Assembly: GCA_000091205.1 (NCBI GenBank) | Contig: AP006484.2 | Reading direction: 5' to 3' (one strand) | From: Cyanidioschyzon merolae | Lineage: Eukaryota | Length of the DNA: 64,000 nt | Part shown: piece by piece, positions 9,841-20,700 of the stretch | How positions within the stretch are numbered: position 1 is the stretch's first letter | How the letters are laid out: each line of letters opens with the position of its first letter | Position numbers and translations under genes: made by a program | Notes under the pieces: generated by a model | Told to the model about the DNA's origin: nothing | The model's database searches: none | Seen by the model: the letters and a program-made list of their open reading frames with translations, nothing else

Positions 9841-11619
9841 CTATGCCTTTTTGACTGTTGACTCGCGCGCGAGTGCAGCGCTTCCCCGCGGATCCAGCAG
9901 AACGACATCATTGACGGTGACCGCGTGGCTGAGCACCGGGCTTCCATGCATAGCTTCCGCGTCCGTGGAAACGGGTGCCCCAGAGGCTCCACCGGCGCCG
10001 CCAAAGCGCATTGCAGCTGCTCGCCACAGACTCTGATAGAGATTTGCATAGGCCGCTCTTTCACTCTGAGTTGAGAAGAAACAAATCGTAGCTGAAGCCA
10101 TCGTCCAAGTGAAATAGCGCCATAAGCTGGCTTCTTCGGACGGTGTGCAGAGCGCCCTGTCCCAGGAAATGGCGTAAAAGTCGTAGGCCAGCCACGTGGA
10201 TGCTACCAATCGCAAAAAACTGATCATCACATAATGCTTCAAGCTCGAATCAGGGCGTGGCGAGTGCATATAACTAGCCGCGCTTATCAGCACGGACTCA
10301 CGGAGCAAAAGGCGAATGCACTGTGTGATCCACAACAACGAATACGTCGCCGCAATCATGCATTGAACGAACCCGAAGCGCAAAACGCTCGCCAATCTCG
10401 CGATGTGCTGCGTATCACCACGAAGCAGCAACTGCGACAGAAACAGAACGAATCCAAGCAAACCAAACACCAGGTTTCCCATCGCTTCCACCGCACTGGT
10501 CGTTGCCTGCTGCGCATATCGGGTGACGATTGCTCCAGCGAGGCTCACGGTCAGAAGCAACGCCAGGAACTGCAGGACGCCAACCATCAGTTGCGAAGTG
10601 AGCTGCCACCAGCTCGCGTCCCGGTTCAACCCTCGCCCGTGCAACATCGGAGGGTCCGCGGGCGCAGGCAACTGTGCGCCCAGGTGCGCGTCTCGTGTGT
10701 CGGAGGCGGTCGCTTCTAGCGCGCTGTTGATTGCAGTCGACCCGCCGTGGCCCGAAAACTCGTTACGACAATGCTGTAAAAGTGACTCGAGCGCACGCTT
10801 CTCTTCGGCGCATTCCTGTCGGGCGACGTTGACTGCCGCCTTGCAGGATGCATCGTTCTCTGTTACCCGCCATTGATCACGGGGACCGGCCGCAGCGAAA
10901 AGCGCTTGGCGCAGATCACCTGCTTGCTTTAGCAAGCTATCTCTTTCGCGGGCTACGCGACCCAGTTGGTCTTGTAGCATCAACTCTCGGTCGCGGAGCG
11001 CCTTATACTCGAATCGAAGTTCCGAAACGTTCGCAACATCGGGGTCGAAAAAAAGATTCTTGATCACAATCGATCCAACGCGGGTGTCCTTTACCAGGGA
11101 AATGATAGGCCTCTCTGGACGCTCTGTGAGGAACGCGTGCCAGTCGCCGAAACCGTAGTCCAACTCGTGTCGTCGCTCAAGCTCCGCACGTTGCTGCTCG
11201 GGCGGAAGTTTCGCCTTCTGCAAGCGAGACAGCGCTCCACGTTGTCCTTGTTCCAAGCGAGCTGAGACTGTTTCAGCCTCACTCGCTATGCCGAAAACCG
11301 TCTTGGGTAGCGTGTCGGAGCCAGTGGCACCGCGTTCACCGACGCTCGCTGGTGAGCTCCCAGTTGCTGGCAGCAACACCACAAGCAAAAGCAACAATAG
11401 GAAAGAGGTCAACGTCAAGCAGTGCCAAGATGCGGGTGTGAAAATATGTCGCGTGCGCCCAGGCTGCACCATTGGTGGGAGGCAAGACCCCGAGAACCCG
11501 CTCCTGCTGAAGAGAATGAGCTCAACAATCCAAAATCGAGTTGCGCGAAGAATTCGGCTCACGACGTCGATGATAGGCGAACAAATGGGGGCGTTGGCGG
11601 CGGCGTACCGTCCGTCCAA
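9841..11619 (-). CDS. hypothetical multi-pass membrane protein with a central coiled-coil segment
   Basis: The ORF is 592 aa. Hydrophobic helices occur near the N-terminus (LLLLLLVVLLPA) and in the C-terminal third (VGVLQFLALLLTVSLAGAIV, LVFGLLGFVLFLSQLLL, and others). A charged heptad region (ELERRHELD...RELMLQDQLGRVARERDSLLKQAGDLRQAL) lies between them. No family was recognised. Confidence 0.45.
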   Translation of the reverse strand: MDGRYAAANAPICSPIIDVVSRILRATRFWIVELILFSRSGFSGSCLPPMVQPGRTRHIFTPASWHCLTLTSFLLLLLLVVLLPATGSSPASVGERGATGSDTLPKTVFGIASEAETVSARLEQGQRGALSRLQKAKLPPEQQRAELERRHELDYGFGDWHAFLTERPERPIISLVKDTRVGSIVIKNLFFDPDVANVSELRFEYKALRDRELMLQDQLGRVARERDSLLKQAGDLRQALFAAAGPRDQWRVTENDASCKAAVNVARQECAEEKRALESLLQHCRNEFSGHGGSTAINSALEATASDTRDAHLGAQLPAPADPPMLHGRGLNRDASWWQLTSQLMVGVLQFLALLLTVSLAGAIVTRYAQQATTSAVEAMGNLVFGLLGFVLFLSQLLLRGDTQHIARLASVLRFGFVQCMIAATYSLLWITQCIRLLLRESVLISAASYMHSPRPDSSLKHYVMISFLRLVASTWLAYDFYAISWDRALCTPSEEASLWRYFTWTMASATICFFSTQSERAAYANLYQSLWRAAAMRFGGAGGASGAPVSTDAEAMHGSPVLSHAVTVNDVVLLDPRGSAALARESTVKKA

Positions 11620-12065
11620 ACGGTCGGTGGCAACGGATGGGCAGTGTCCAGTTTGGGCATCGACGATCTGTCAATATTGTCTAGTTGTGGGGCTATCGCA
11701 CTTGGCAGCGCATGCAGATCGCAGCGCGCGCTCAGCGGCAACACGTTTTCCTGTTCAGTTGCAGGGACGTGTTCGAAGCGCTGGTGGCGTTTTGCAGTTT
11801 AACGGCGAGAATGTTCTGCAGCTATTGTAGAATTCAGTGGAACAGATCTATGTTGCTAACGTTTGCGTACATCATCATGTTTGAGTTTCTTCTTATTGGT
11901 ATTGTCATCGCCGTTTGAGGGATATGTCTGTAACTGTTTTTTTTTTCTGGAATGAGCTGTGATCTCCAGCTTTACAGAAGCAGGTCGTTCGTTTCCCTTC
12001 AGCTCTGCTATGCGCAGTCCACGGGTGCCGATGGTAGCGATAATGTCCCGGCATTGTGGCATGCG

Positions 12066-12830
12066 GTTGTTGTCGACGCATTAGATGCACAGGCGTAAGT
12101 TGCGACCTATGCTCTGCCTGCTATTTTCATCTTATTTGTATGCATCCTCGGTGCCGTCGTCTCAACACTGACACCTGACAGCGGTCAGGTACTCTCAAGC
12201 ACCTATGGATCTGCGCCCTCCGAACGCTGCACTATGGTGCGTGAACGCCTCCTTTATCGCTCGATGCACGCCCTTGACGGGTACAGAAAGCTCTGCATCG
12301 ATGCCGTCCTCGGTTTCCGCGCCCGATGCAGTACCGTATGCTACCAGGCTTGTTCTGCTCGATACGCTCGGAGAGTACTCCGTATGTTGCACGTGCAAGC
12401 GCGCGCTGTTCCATTCCATGGAGGATCTGTGGAAGGCGACAAATCTATGACGAAATAAAGCATCAGAAGAAAAATCGAGGCTGGAGTCTATGTCGAGAAA
12501 TCGCGATCCGTGTACATGCCGCACTCGTAAAGCGATACCGCACTCTCCGCTGGATGCGGTCCGCGCGATGACTCATGCCAAAGTCCAAGAATCGTTTCGA
12601 TGCGAACCGAAAGGACGAGAGCCCGCAGTACCTTATATTATGAGAAGGATCGCGGTACTGTGGAATCCAGTCTTGTCGATGTTCACAAAGATAGGGAAAT
12701 CTGTCTTCGGAATGAAATCTATTATTTGACGCGACAAGTCCTGGGAACTCTCAGCATGAGCTTGTGAACAAGTCTTCGAAAGACAACGCGGTGCACGATC
12801 ACTCGTCAATCCAGCTGTGCGCATTGCTGT
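12066..12830 (-). mobile_element. copy 1 of a ~750-bp non-autonomous repeat derived from a Tc1/mariner-like DDE transposase
   Basis: DNA-level similarity to 19030-19800 and 53420-54130 runs along the whole length. For example gttgtcgacgcattagatgcacaggcg matches gttgatgtcgacgcatttgatgcgcaggca, and gcatgagcttgtgaacaagtcttcgaaagacaacgcgg matches gcatgagcttgtgaacaagtcgtcgaggtacgacaacgcg. Minus-frame remnants carry the first DDE block (FVNIDKTGF, compare Tc1 SDESKF). Confidence 0.55.
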
Positions 12831-13125
12831 GCGCTCCAGTTGCCTTGAACTACAAAGATCTTAATCTTGAAGAATCTCTGATTTGGGCATGATACATGTA
12901 CGGAAGGCAGAATAGTCGAGGCCTGCACACATCTATGTCAGTGAAACAAGAACGCTTTACGAGCATGGAGGGAAAATATATATTCACTCACAGAGGCCTT
13001 CGAATCTTCTTCAACCGGCGGCCTGCTTTCTGTTTCAGCTTCTCCTGACTCACTTCGAGCTTCAGAGGCTGCCCCATAAGATTGGATCGCGTAAGCTCAT
13101 CGGGTCTCGTCTCCAGCACCGCATA

Positions 13126-13560
13126 TCATCTGAGCCTGATGGCGGCGTTGAAGTCACAATTCATGAACTCCATGCGTCCGCTGCAGCCGGTTGAACGCCT
13201 CAATGCATGGATTGATAGAACACGTGCCCTCTGCGTCACCATAGTCCCGCCACCTGCTTCTTCTACTGCTTCGTCAGCTGCTCTTCCTCGCATGATCGTC
13301 CGTGAGAAGAGCATGTTTTTGTTTATCTTCCAGAAGCTGGCGGTGATGGACCTCCAGGATTCCCAACTTTCACGTCCGTACCTTTCCCTTAGATATTGTA
13401 CTCTGAAAATAAACGCAGTTTGAATGCGTCTGCTATAAACGGAGAAAAAGCATTTGATGACATGCACTTGACTGTGGAACGCAATGGAGGTGAAAGGCTC
13501 TAAAAACGGTTCGTGAAAAATCGCAATGGCACCAACGGAGCGCTCGATCCTGTGTCCCAA
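13126..13560 (-). pseudogene. C-terminal fragment of a TnpB/Fanzor-like (RuvC-III) nuclease gene
   Basis: The minus-strand translation ends ...RMEFMNCDFNAAIRLR. That is the D-x-D-x-NAA-x-N-I RuvC-III motif seen in the larger copies at 34409-34612, 45051-45719 and 46744-47097. It is only a short fragment. Confidence 0.45.
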
Positions 13561-13585
13561 AGTAACTTGATACGGTGCAGAACTG

Positions 13586-14653
13586 ATGACGCGCCTTTAT
13601 GGCGGAAAACTGGGACTTGAGCTTTGTTTCCAGAGCTACCTCGGCAGTGGCTTTGCCTTGCCTAGCACTTTCGAAAAGAGGCCAGTGCAGTGCTGTGGTC
13701 AACCTGGAAAGACGACTCGGAAGCTGCTCCAGTCTCGTGTACGACGAACTAGGACGACTCAGGCTCGCCGCGGACCACACGGACAGTGGCCCGACAATCG
13801 ACTAGCAGAGTTTGCGACCAAGTCAGGTAAGCAGCGCCCCATCTTTGTTCCAGTCGCTTCAGCTGTGCCGCCAGCACCGGAATACGCCGTCCCGGGCACG
13901 GTCTATCTCGTGGGGGCCGGCCCCGGCGCCTACGAGCTGCTCACGCTACGGGCGTGCAGCCTGCTACGCACAGCCGACGTGGTTCTATACGATGATCTCG
14001 CCCAGGGCTTGATAAGCGAAGAACTTTGGAATCGCTTGAATCGTAACAATCCGCCATCGCTAACGCTTTGTGTCGGCAAGCAAAGGTACAAGCAGCGCGA
14101 AATCAATGAGTTGATGGTGCATCAAGCCAAGAACCTGAACCGAAGTGTGCTACGCCTGAAGTGCGGTGATCCCAGTCTCTTTGGCCGTTTGCACGAGGAA
14201 GTCGCCGCATTACGCGAGTCCCAGATCCCTTACGTGGTGGTTCCCGGTGTGTCGTCGTGTACGGCGGCACCGATCGCAGCGGGGATTTTTCTCACGGAAC
14301 GGCAACACGGACGCAGTGTGTTGTTGCTCAGCGGCCATGACGCTTCAGAGATTCCATATGAAGCAGCCGCTTGCGCTGCGGACACGCTTGTGCTCCTCAT
14401 GGTCGGCAGGAATTTAAGTGCTGTGGCTGCAAGGCTCCTCGACCAGCTGTCGCCCAATGTGCCCGTGGCGCTCTGTAGCACAGTCGATGGCCTTCAGTGG
14501 AGAGGCACGCTTCAGGCGGCGGCCACTGGCGAGGCTACACAATTTCTTGTAGATGCAAAAACAGGAGAACTAAGGACAACAGTCGCAGTCATCGGAGCAG
14601 TTGTTCAGGACATCACTAGTCCCGGCCAAATCGCGGGCGTGTTTCAGACATGA
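13586..14653 (+). CDS. uroporphyrinogen-III C-methyltransferase (SUMT; siroheme/tetrapyrrole methylase) with an N-terminal extension
   Basis: GTVYLVGAGPGAYELLTLRACSLLRTADVVLYDDLA is the SAM-binding GxGxG of class III tetrapyrrole methylases. LKCGDPSLFGR is the GDP(S/F)xFG motif. The catalytic domain is preceded by about 95 aa that read as a possible transit peptide. Confidence 0.85.
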   Translation: MTRLYGGKLGLELCFQSYLGSGFALPSTFEKRPVQCCGQPGKTTRKLLQSRVRRTRTTQARRGPHGQWPDNRLAEFATKSGKQRPIFVPVASAVPPAPEYAVPGTVYLVGAGPGAYELLTLRACSLLRTADVVLYDDLAQGLISEELWNRLNRNNPPSLTLCVGKQRYKQREINELMVHQAKNLNRSVLRLKCGDPSLFGRLHEEVAALRESQIPYVVVPGVSSCTAAPIAAGIFLTERQHGRSVLLLSGHDASEIPYEAAACAADTLVLLMVGRNLSAVAARLLDQLSPNVPVALCSTVDGLQWRGTLQAAATGEATQFLVDAKTGELRTTVAVIGAVVQDITSPGQIAGVFQT

Positions 14654-17437
14654 GGCTGTCGTCGGGCATTGCATCTGCAGAAGAGGGCTCCAACGGGTGA
14701 ATTTACCATTTTGCGAACCGATTGGTGGCAAATGCCGCATTCTGCAACCAAAGGAGTGGCTCCGGAGCTTTCGCAAGAGAATATGCCATATAGCGTACCG
14801 ATTCTTGGGGAATTGTGCGCCCGGCAACACAAAGCGTTACCGGGACGCGGATCAAGCATATCCCGGGACCGGAGCTGCCCAATAGTTGGGAGCATCATTA
14901 TAGGCTTCTGCGAGAATAGTGGTTGCTCGTCAAATTTGGGGAATATGGGAACGGGGTGGTGCAGACACTGGTTCAGGTACCTGTCGAGTTCGCGAATCGT
15001 GCCTCTCTGAGGCGCGTTCATTGCCAAGCCGGGAATACTCGTTTTCAAGGACGAAACATCGAGTTTATCTGTAGCAATTGCAAAGCATTCAAACCTGTTC
15101 GGATGATTGTAACGCTGCCGCGCATGCGCCTGTTGGCTGTAGGTCGCCACTTGCAGTATCTGCGCAGAAAATAGAGCCCAAACACGAGATGCACTCGGAG
15201 CATGCGGGTGTGCTCGTAATCCGAGTCGTCCTATTGAACGAGCGCAGTGTGTGATTGCAAGTCGCCACTCTGAGGACTGAGCTGCCCTCGGGCGGGATGG
15301 ATTGAACGACGCCAAGTTTCGCTCGTTGAAGTCCTTGTTGTTTTGACGCATTAGATTCTTCTGCGTGGTGCGAGCGCTGTTCTTGCAAAATACCGAGAAT
15401 GCGAACCAGTGCTCGCCAGGCGCTTGCGTCTCGCTGCGGACCCCTGACGGAGACGATCTCGATGTGTAAAGTGAATGCTTGCAGCATAGACAGCTCTAGA
15501 CGCGAGTATGGAGAAATAAGCGACAAGACCTACAAACCTACTTGAACCCAAAGCGATCGTTCATCGATCAACCGATCATTCAGTGTGACGGGGGTATCTA
15601 TACGGCATGCGTTACTGATTTCTTCGACCCCGAGGTGCTGCCTGCTCAAAAGCCAACGAAACATCTGATCTTATGGGTAATGACGTGCACGCTTTTTTCG
15701 GGAAATATACTTCTTTATGTATGTGAGCGCATTCAAACTGGAGGCACGCCACAGGAAAAGCGATGTCGCAGAGAGTGCGCCAGCGCACAAAAGTGTCCAC
15801 GAAAAGTGCACGCTGCGCGATGTTCTCATGGTGCACGATCCATGATTCCAGACCGGACTCACCCAGAGTGGCAACCTCGCCGAAATATCAGGCTAGGCTC
15901 CACTGTTTCTACCCGGATGCTTCTACATCCGTCCAGCGCCAGGCCGGTATCTGATCAGAATCAGGTCATGGGGAGGACAGCAACGTGTGCATTGCGTTGG
16001 GGGCAAGCATTCACGGTAGCCTGCAGCAATAGGGGATGCTGCAGGATGCATACATCCAAAACAACTCCTCCTCATAGGCGAATGCCGTCCCCAACTAGGA
16101 GACAACTCCCAGATCGTTCAACGACTCTTTCGCGTTCAAGCAAACCCCGCGCTGTTCTCCACTACGAAACAATGGCTTGATCGAGCCAGCGACCTGCTGT
16201 GAGCGGGAATCGGTGCGGACTCCCAAGGTGGCACCCAATACGTCATAGCGCAAGTCGTCGGGCGAAAGGACGGCGTTGCCAGCTTCCCCAACGCGTCAAC
16301 TCGAAGCTATGCGCGATTCTGCATGCACTGACTGCAGAGATCCGTCGCTTTCTCGGAGCCTCGACCAGGAGGAAAATGCTTCTCCGAGCTCGATGGTATA
16401 CCGGAGAATACGGACGAAGGTCTGGGAACTTGTCGTGAGCAATGCCGAGAAAACAGCAAAGGTTCTCTCGTTGCTCCCACTGTCTTGCCGCTTTTGACGG
16501 AGCAGCGACATCCTTATCTGGATACAAACCCCCGAGCAGTCACCACACGCGTTGCTGCGGGCTTCTGTTTTGAGCCAATCCTATGAGAGGAAATCACCTC
16601 GCTCCCATGACCAGCACCTCCGTTGGGTACTGCACACGGCATGTGATGTGTTGCTGTATGGCGTTCGCGCCTGCCCTAGCCAGGCTGCCTCTTCACCAGA
16701 AGGGACAAAAGTGTACCACACAATGTTCGGGCCATCGAACCGCATACCGTTCCATTCTTTTGCTTTTTTTCTGATCGTGAGTTCGTATGAGCGTTTAGAG
16801 GAACCGTGGGATCCCCAAAAGCGCAATGATTATCGGCATCCGGGAAAGTGTTCACCATGCAGCCTCATTCGCTTCAGAGTCATGAGCCATCACCATCCAT
16901 TTTGCCGTTCTGGATCATGGTTCGTTCATATGATCCTCCGGGTACCGAGTGCCTTCCGTGTGCGTCCACGACGACGCCTGTAGCGGATATGCGCGGACTA
17001 GGCACATGGAGAAGGCCCAGCTTTTTCAGGCGGCCGCATCGATGAGGCAGGTGCGCCCAGCAGCCGATCGCTGTGGCAACGCGTCTCCTCAGGAAATTCA
17101 AATCGAGACGCAGTCGACGGGTGCGGACTTCGACACCCGCCGCCTGCAGACCGCGTCGGTTGCGATGCGTTCGCAGCGGCAGAGCGTTCGCTGCTGCCTC
17201 CAGGACGTGTGTTCATAAACTCGGGTCGAGGAAACTTGCAGTTGGGGCGCCCTGGGGTGGAAAACAGTTGTTTTGAAAAGTTTATAACCGTGGGTGTAAG
17301 TGCCGGCAGGGTCATCACTGACAGGTCTCGCAGGGGGCTTTGCAGCCGTTCCCAGTTCCGAGTAAGCCCGTTAGCAGGGACGCATCTGGTGCCTGCGGTG
17401 CGGTAGCGCTAGCGAAAACCCAGACAAGCAGGCATCT

Positions 17438-18232
17438 GTGCGCATTGATCATCTCTGTATGATGTCCCCTGTTTACTTGGGGTTTTTTGCCGCGTTCCCT
17501 GCGGTAACGATGCTGATAGACCTTTCAGTGCTGCTGCCCGGGCAGTGGCCGCCGCACGCGCTCGGTGCGCTGCGCAGCACACTCCACTGGTGGACGAGCA
17601 CCCACGACCCGCTCATGGGCCAAGCCCCTGTGTGGTTCAAAGCTATGACACTTGTAGAGGTTGCGATCATTCCTGGCTACAGTGCGCTCGCACTACGGTC
17701 CCTGGTCCGCAACTCATACCCGCCGTGGATGGTGCCGCTCACATTTATCTTTTCGACAGTTTGCGTCTACTCTGTGTTGCTCCTGGCCGCCGAAAATATC
17801 TATGGCCTGAAGCGGAACCTTCTGGACAAGGACGGGACGCCATGGTTGCTCGCGTATGCACCATTTGTGCTCATCCCGATGCTGTGGAGCAGGCACGTGC
17901 TGCAAGCAGTGGCGAATCACGGCAGGGCTGCGCCACCGGCCAAGGTACTCGCAGATCTTTCGAAGCGTCGCACGAACCGATCGACTGCTGGGCGAAAGGT
18001 GGAAGCGAATACACACACTGTAGCAAGGGAGCGCAGGAAAAAATCTCCCGCGTCTCTCACAAGCTCAACGAACACTGAGTCGAGCCATCGAGTAACACCC
18101 ACTGTACAAGAGGCTCGCTTGCTTGTCGGCGAGGCCGACATGCGGACTCCCATAACGACCCGCAGTGGAGCACAGGCCCGCAGAGCTCGTCGGAAAACGG
18201 CTGACGTTCCCGATACACACCAAGGAGCCTGA
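17438..18232 (+). CDS. TMEM97: TMEM97 / sigma-2 receptor-like EXPERA-domain membrane protein with a basic C-terminal tail
   Basis: YLGFFAAFPAVTMLIDLSVLLP, LHWWTSTHDPLMGQAPVWFKAMTLVEVAIIPGY and AYAPFVLIPMLWS are collinear with human TMEM97 ([67 protein letters not shown]). Confidence 0.78.
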   Translation: MRIDHLCMMSPVYLGFFAAFPAVTMLIDLSVLLPGQWPPHALGALRSTLHWWTSTHDPLMGQAPVWFKAMTLVEVAIIPGYSALALRSLVRNSYPPWMVPLTFIFSTVCVYSVLLLAAENIYGLKRNLLDKDGTPWLLAYAPFVLIPMLWSRHVLQAVANHGRAAPPAKVLADLSKRRTNRSTAGRKVEANTHTVARERRKKSPASLTSSTNTESSHRVTPTVQEARLLVGEADMRTPITTRSGAQARRARRKTADVPDTHQGA

Positions 18233-19029
18233 ATGCACCAGGCCATCGTAAGACGAACAGGACGCGTCGAGCACTGCGCAGTATAGGCGTTGCGTCGTGG
18301 ATGGAGCATGCTGCACGTTTGATCTTTTGTTCGCTACCAGACCATCGCAGGGCAGGTTCCAGAACGCACCACGATACACGCGAGCTGTATGAATGGGTTC
18401 CGAAGCCACGCACTGCTTTTTTTGGGAAATCTGGACCCCGAGAGAGCACTTTCGGTGCAGTGCTGCAGTACGACGTCTAGATTTGGAGTCTGCTGAAAGC
18501 TCAGCGCATCTAGCACAGGCACTTGTAAACTTTTCAAAGAAGTTTCATTTGCAAACATAAAGGCTGGCTTGCTCGACGGCATGAACTCTGGGCAAGGAGC
18601 TTCTGTGGATGAATGTGCCGTGTTCGGTCCTCAAAGTTGCTGATAGGGCAAAGTGCCGCAAACTTGCTTCCCTACCTTAATGAAAACGTGAAACTGCATC
18701 AAAATTACGGAGGGAAACGTCCACTCGCATGGCCCTCCGCGCTGCCGCGTGAAGCTCATGGTGTCCGTGCGATCGATTCTCGGGGCTCGAAATTCATTTC
18801 AGACCAAAACGGATCTGGTACCCGTAACAAATACGAGTCTAAGCACTAAAGTTTGGATCGCTTTCCACTGTAACCAACACCAACCGTCGCGAAATTTATC
18901 TGTGACTGTTTACTTTTCCTCTCTCGGATCACAGTCCTTGAATAAGTTGGTTACTCCATTTTGCTCCAAGCTCCTTTGCTAGCAAGCGAAGCATGGTGAT
19001 GTCAGCGTAAAAGTCTCGATTTCATTGCG

Positions 19030-19800
19030 TCCGGTTGATGTCGACGCATTTGATGCGCAGGCAAATATCGCGGTCAACGCATCGCTTGCGATTTCCATCT
19101 TCTTTGTCTACAGCGAACGTGCTCCCTTCCGACCGGTGACATATGGTTGTGGTCAGGTGATCGGATGTTTCCAGGAAACCGCGTCCTCCGAGGGCTGTTC
19201 TGTTGCTCTTCATAGCCTGCATCATCGCTCAGTACAAGCTCTTGACGAGTACAGAAGGCTCTCCCCGATGCCATGCACTGTTTCCGCGCCCGGTGCCATA
19301 CCCTAGAATCACGAGCTTCTTCTCTGAAATGCTGTTTGCGCGTACCCTCATTGCTGGACAAGCAGGCGGAAGCTGTTCCATTAGATACAGGATTTGTGGG
19401 ACGCAATCTTGCTTATGAAGAAAATGTGCTGGAAAGAAGACTCAGGGTGCAGAACAAGTCGAGAAATTTCATATCGTAAACTCTATTTTCATGCAAAGCG
19501 TCAACACATGCTCCTCTGGAAGCGATCGACGCGATAACAGAATTCCGTATCCAAGACTGGTCTGCATGCAAACACAAGTGACGGGAGCCTCTGGGAGCAT
19601 ATCTCTCGGGAAAAATATCTTGCTGCTTTTCAATGCCGTTTCGTGGATGGCCGCAGATAAAGGAGGATTTGTCTGCGAAACGGGATCCATCATTTGACGT
19701 TACAGGTTCAGCAGAATTCCGGCATGAGCTTGTGAACAAGTCGTCGAGGTACGACAACGCGTTTTTCCATCGTCAATCGAGCGGTGCGAAACACTGCGCC
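19030..19800 (-). mobile_element. copy 2 of the ~750-bp Tc1/mariner-derived repeat
   Basis: See 12066-12830. The minus ORF 19413-19757 carries FADKSSFICGHPRNG, a degenerate DE-first-Asp block. Confidence 0.55.
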
Positions 19801-20700
19801 TACGAATTGTCCTGAATCAGTAACATCCATAATTTGAAGTCAGCGTCCTCTTAGGATGCGCTACATAAAGAACGGAGAATAGTTGAGGCTTGCACGCATG
19901 AATGAAATTACGATATCGGGTAGGTTACGATTGTATATGCGATGGCATCGCCAGTTACCCTGAATCCGGTGAGGTAACGAAACCTGCCTGCAAAGCGTCG
20001 AACGTATCACTCCATAAATATGACCTAGAATCCTGTAATGAAACAAGCATCCAGAAGCTTTCTTTGTTAGTTTCCGAATTTCCGAGCCGTCCAGTTACTA
20101 AATATTTGGAAAGTCTCGATAAGCACGAGTGGAGCGGACAGTTCAGTGTTCCACTTGAATCTGACCCACATGCAGCAACAATGTCGGATGCCGAACGCAC
20201 ACAAAATCGCATGGAGTGTTGCCCCCATGAAGCAGCGCCTTCCAGCATCGCCACGAACTGCAACCTAGAAATACTAGCGCTTTGGCGATGCCTGCGTTTG
20301 GCCAGCCCTGTCACGAGTTGTCAAGTGCTGGACCTGATGCTTTCGACGTCCAGGTCGCCGCCTCGGAGCCGTGTGTGTCGAGCTTGGAGTGCCCGTGAGA
20401 GTCTCGACATTGCAGTGCGAGTCGCACAGTATTTGCCGACGCCCTATACGACTTAACTGTCCGAGCCACAATATCTCAGATGGACTGCAGCGGCTCGGGC
20501 AGGCGTCTCTGTTCTCCATGCATAGGTGAAGAAAGGCGGCATCGGCAGCGTCCGCAACGCTGACGAGGCATGGCGTCGGCGACATTTCCCACTCTCTGCC
20601 TGCTTATGCAATGACTGAAGTCTTTCACCTGTTCATGAACTCGTGCGACCCTGAGCCGATATCAGTTTTTATTCGATATTCTGATCAGGCTTGAACGTAA

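Noticed and set aside
9735-10064. A minus ORF ending in GWLAGWLAGWLAGWLADWLTD.
   Set aside because: It is simply the translation of the (CCAG)n microsatellite. It overlaps the real 592-aa ORF 9841-11619 in another frame.
14644-15351. A 235-aa minus ORF, and the plus ORF 15542-16180 (212 aa).
   Set aside because: There are no recognisable motifs and the composition is Arg/Ser/Pro-rich. These ORF lengths are not unusual by chance at this GC content. They were left unannotated rather than called as genes.
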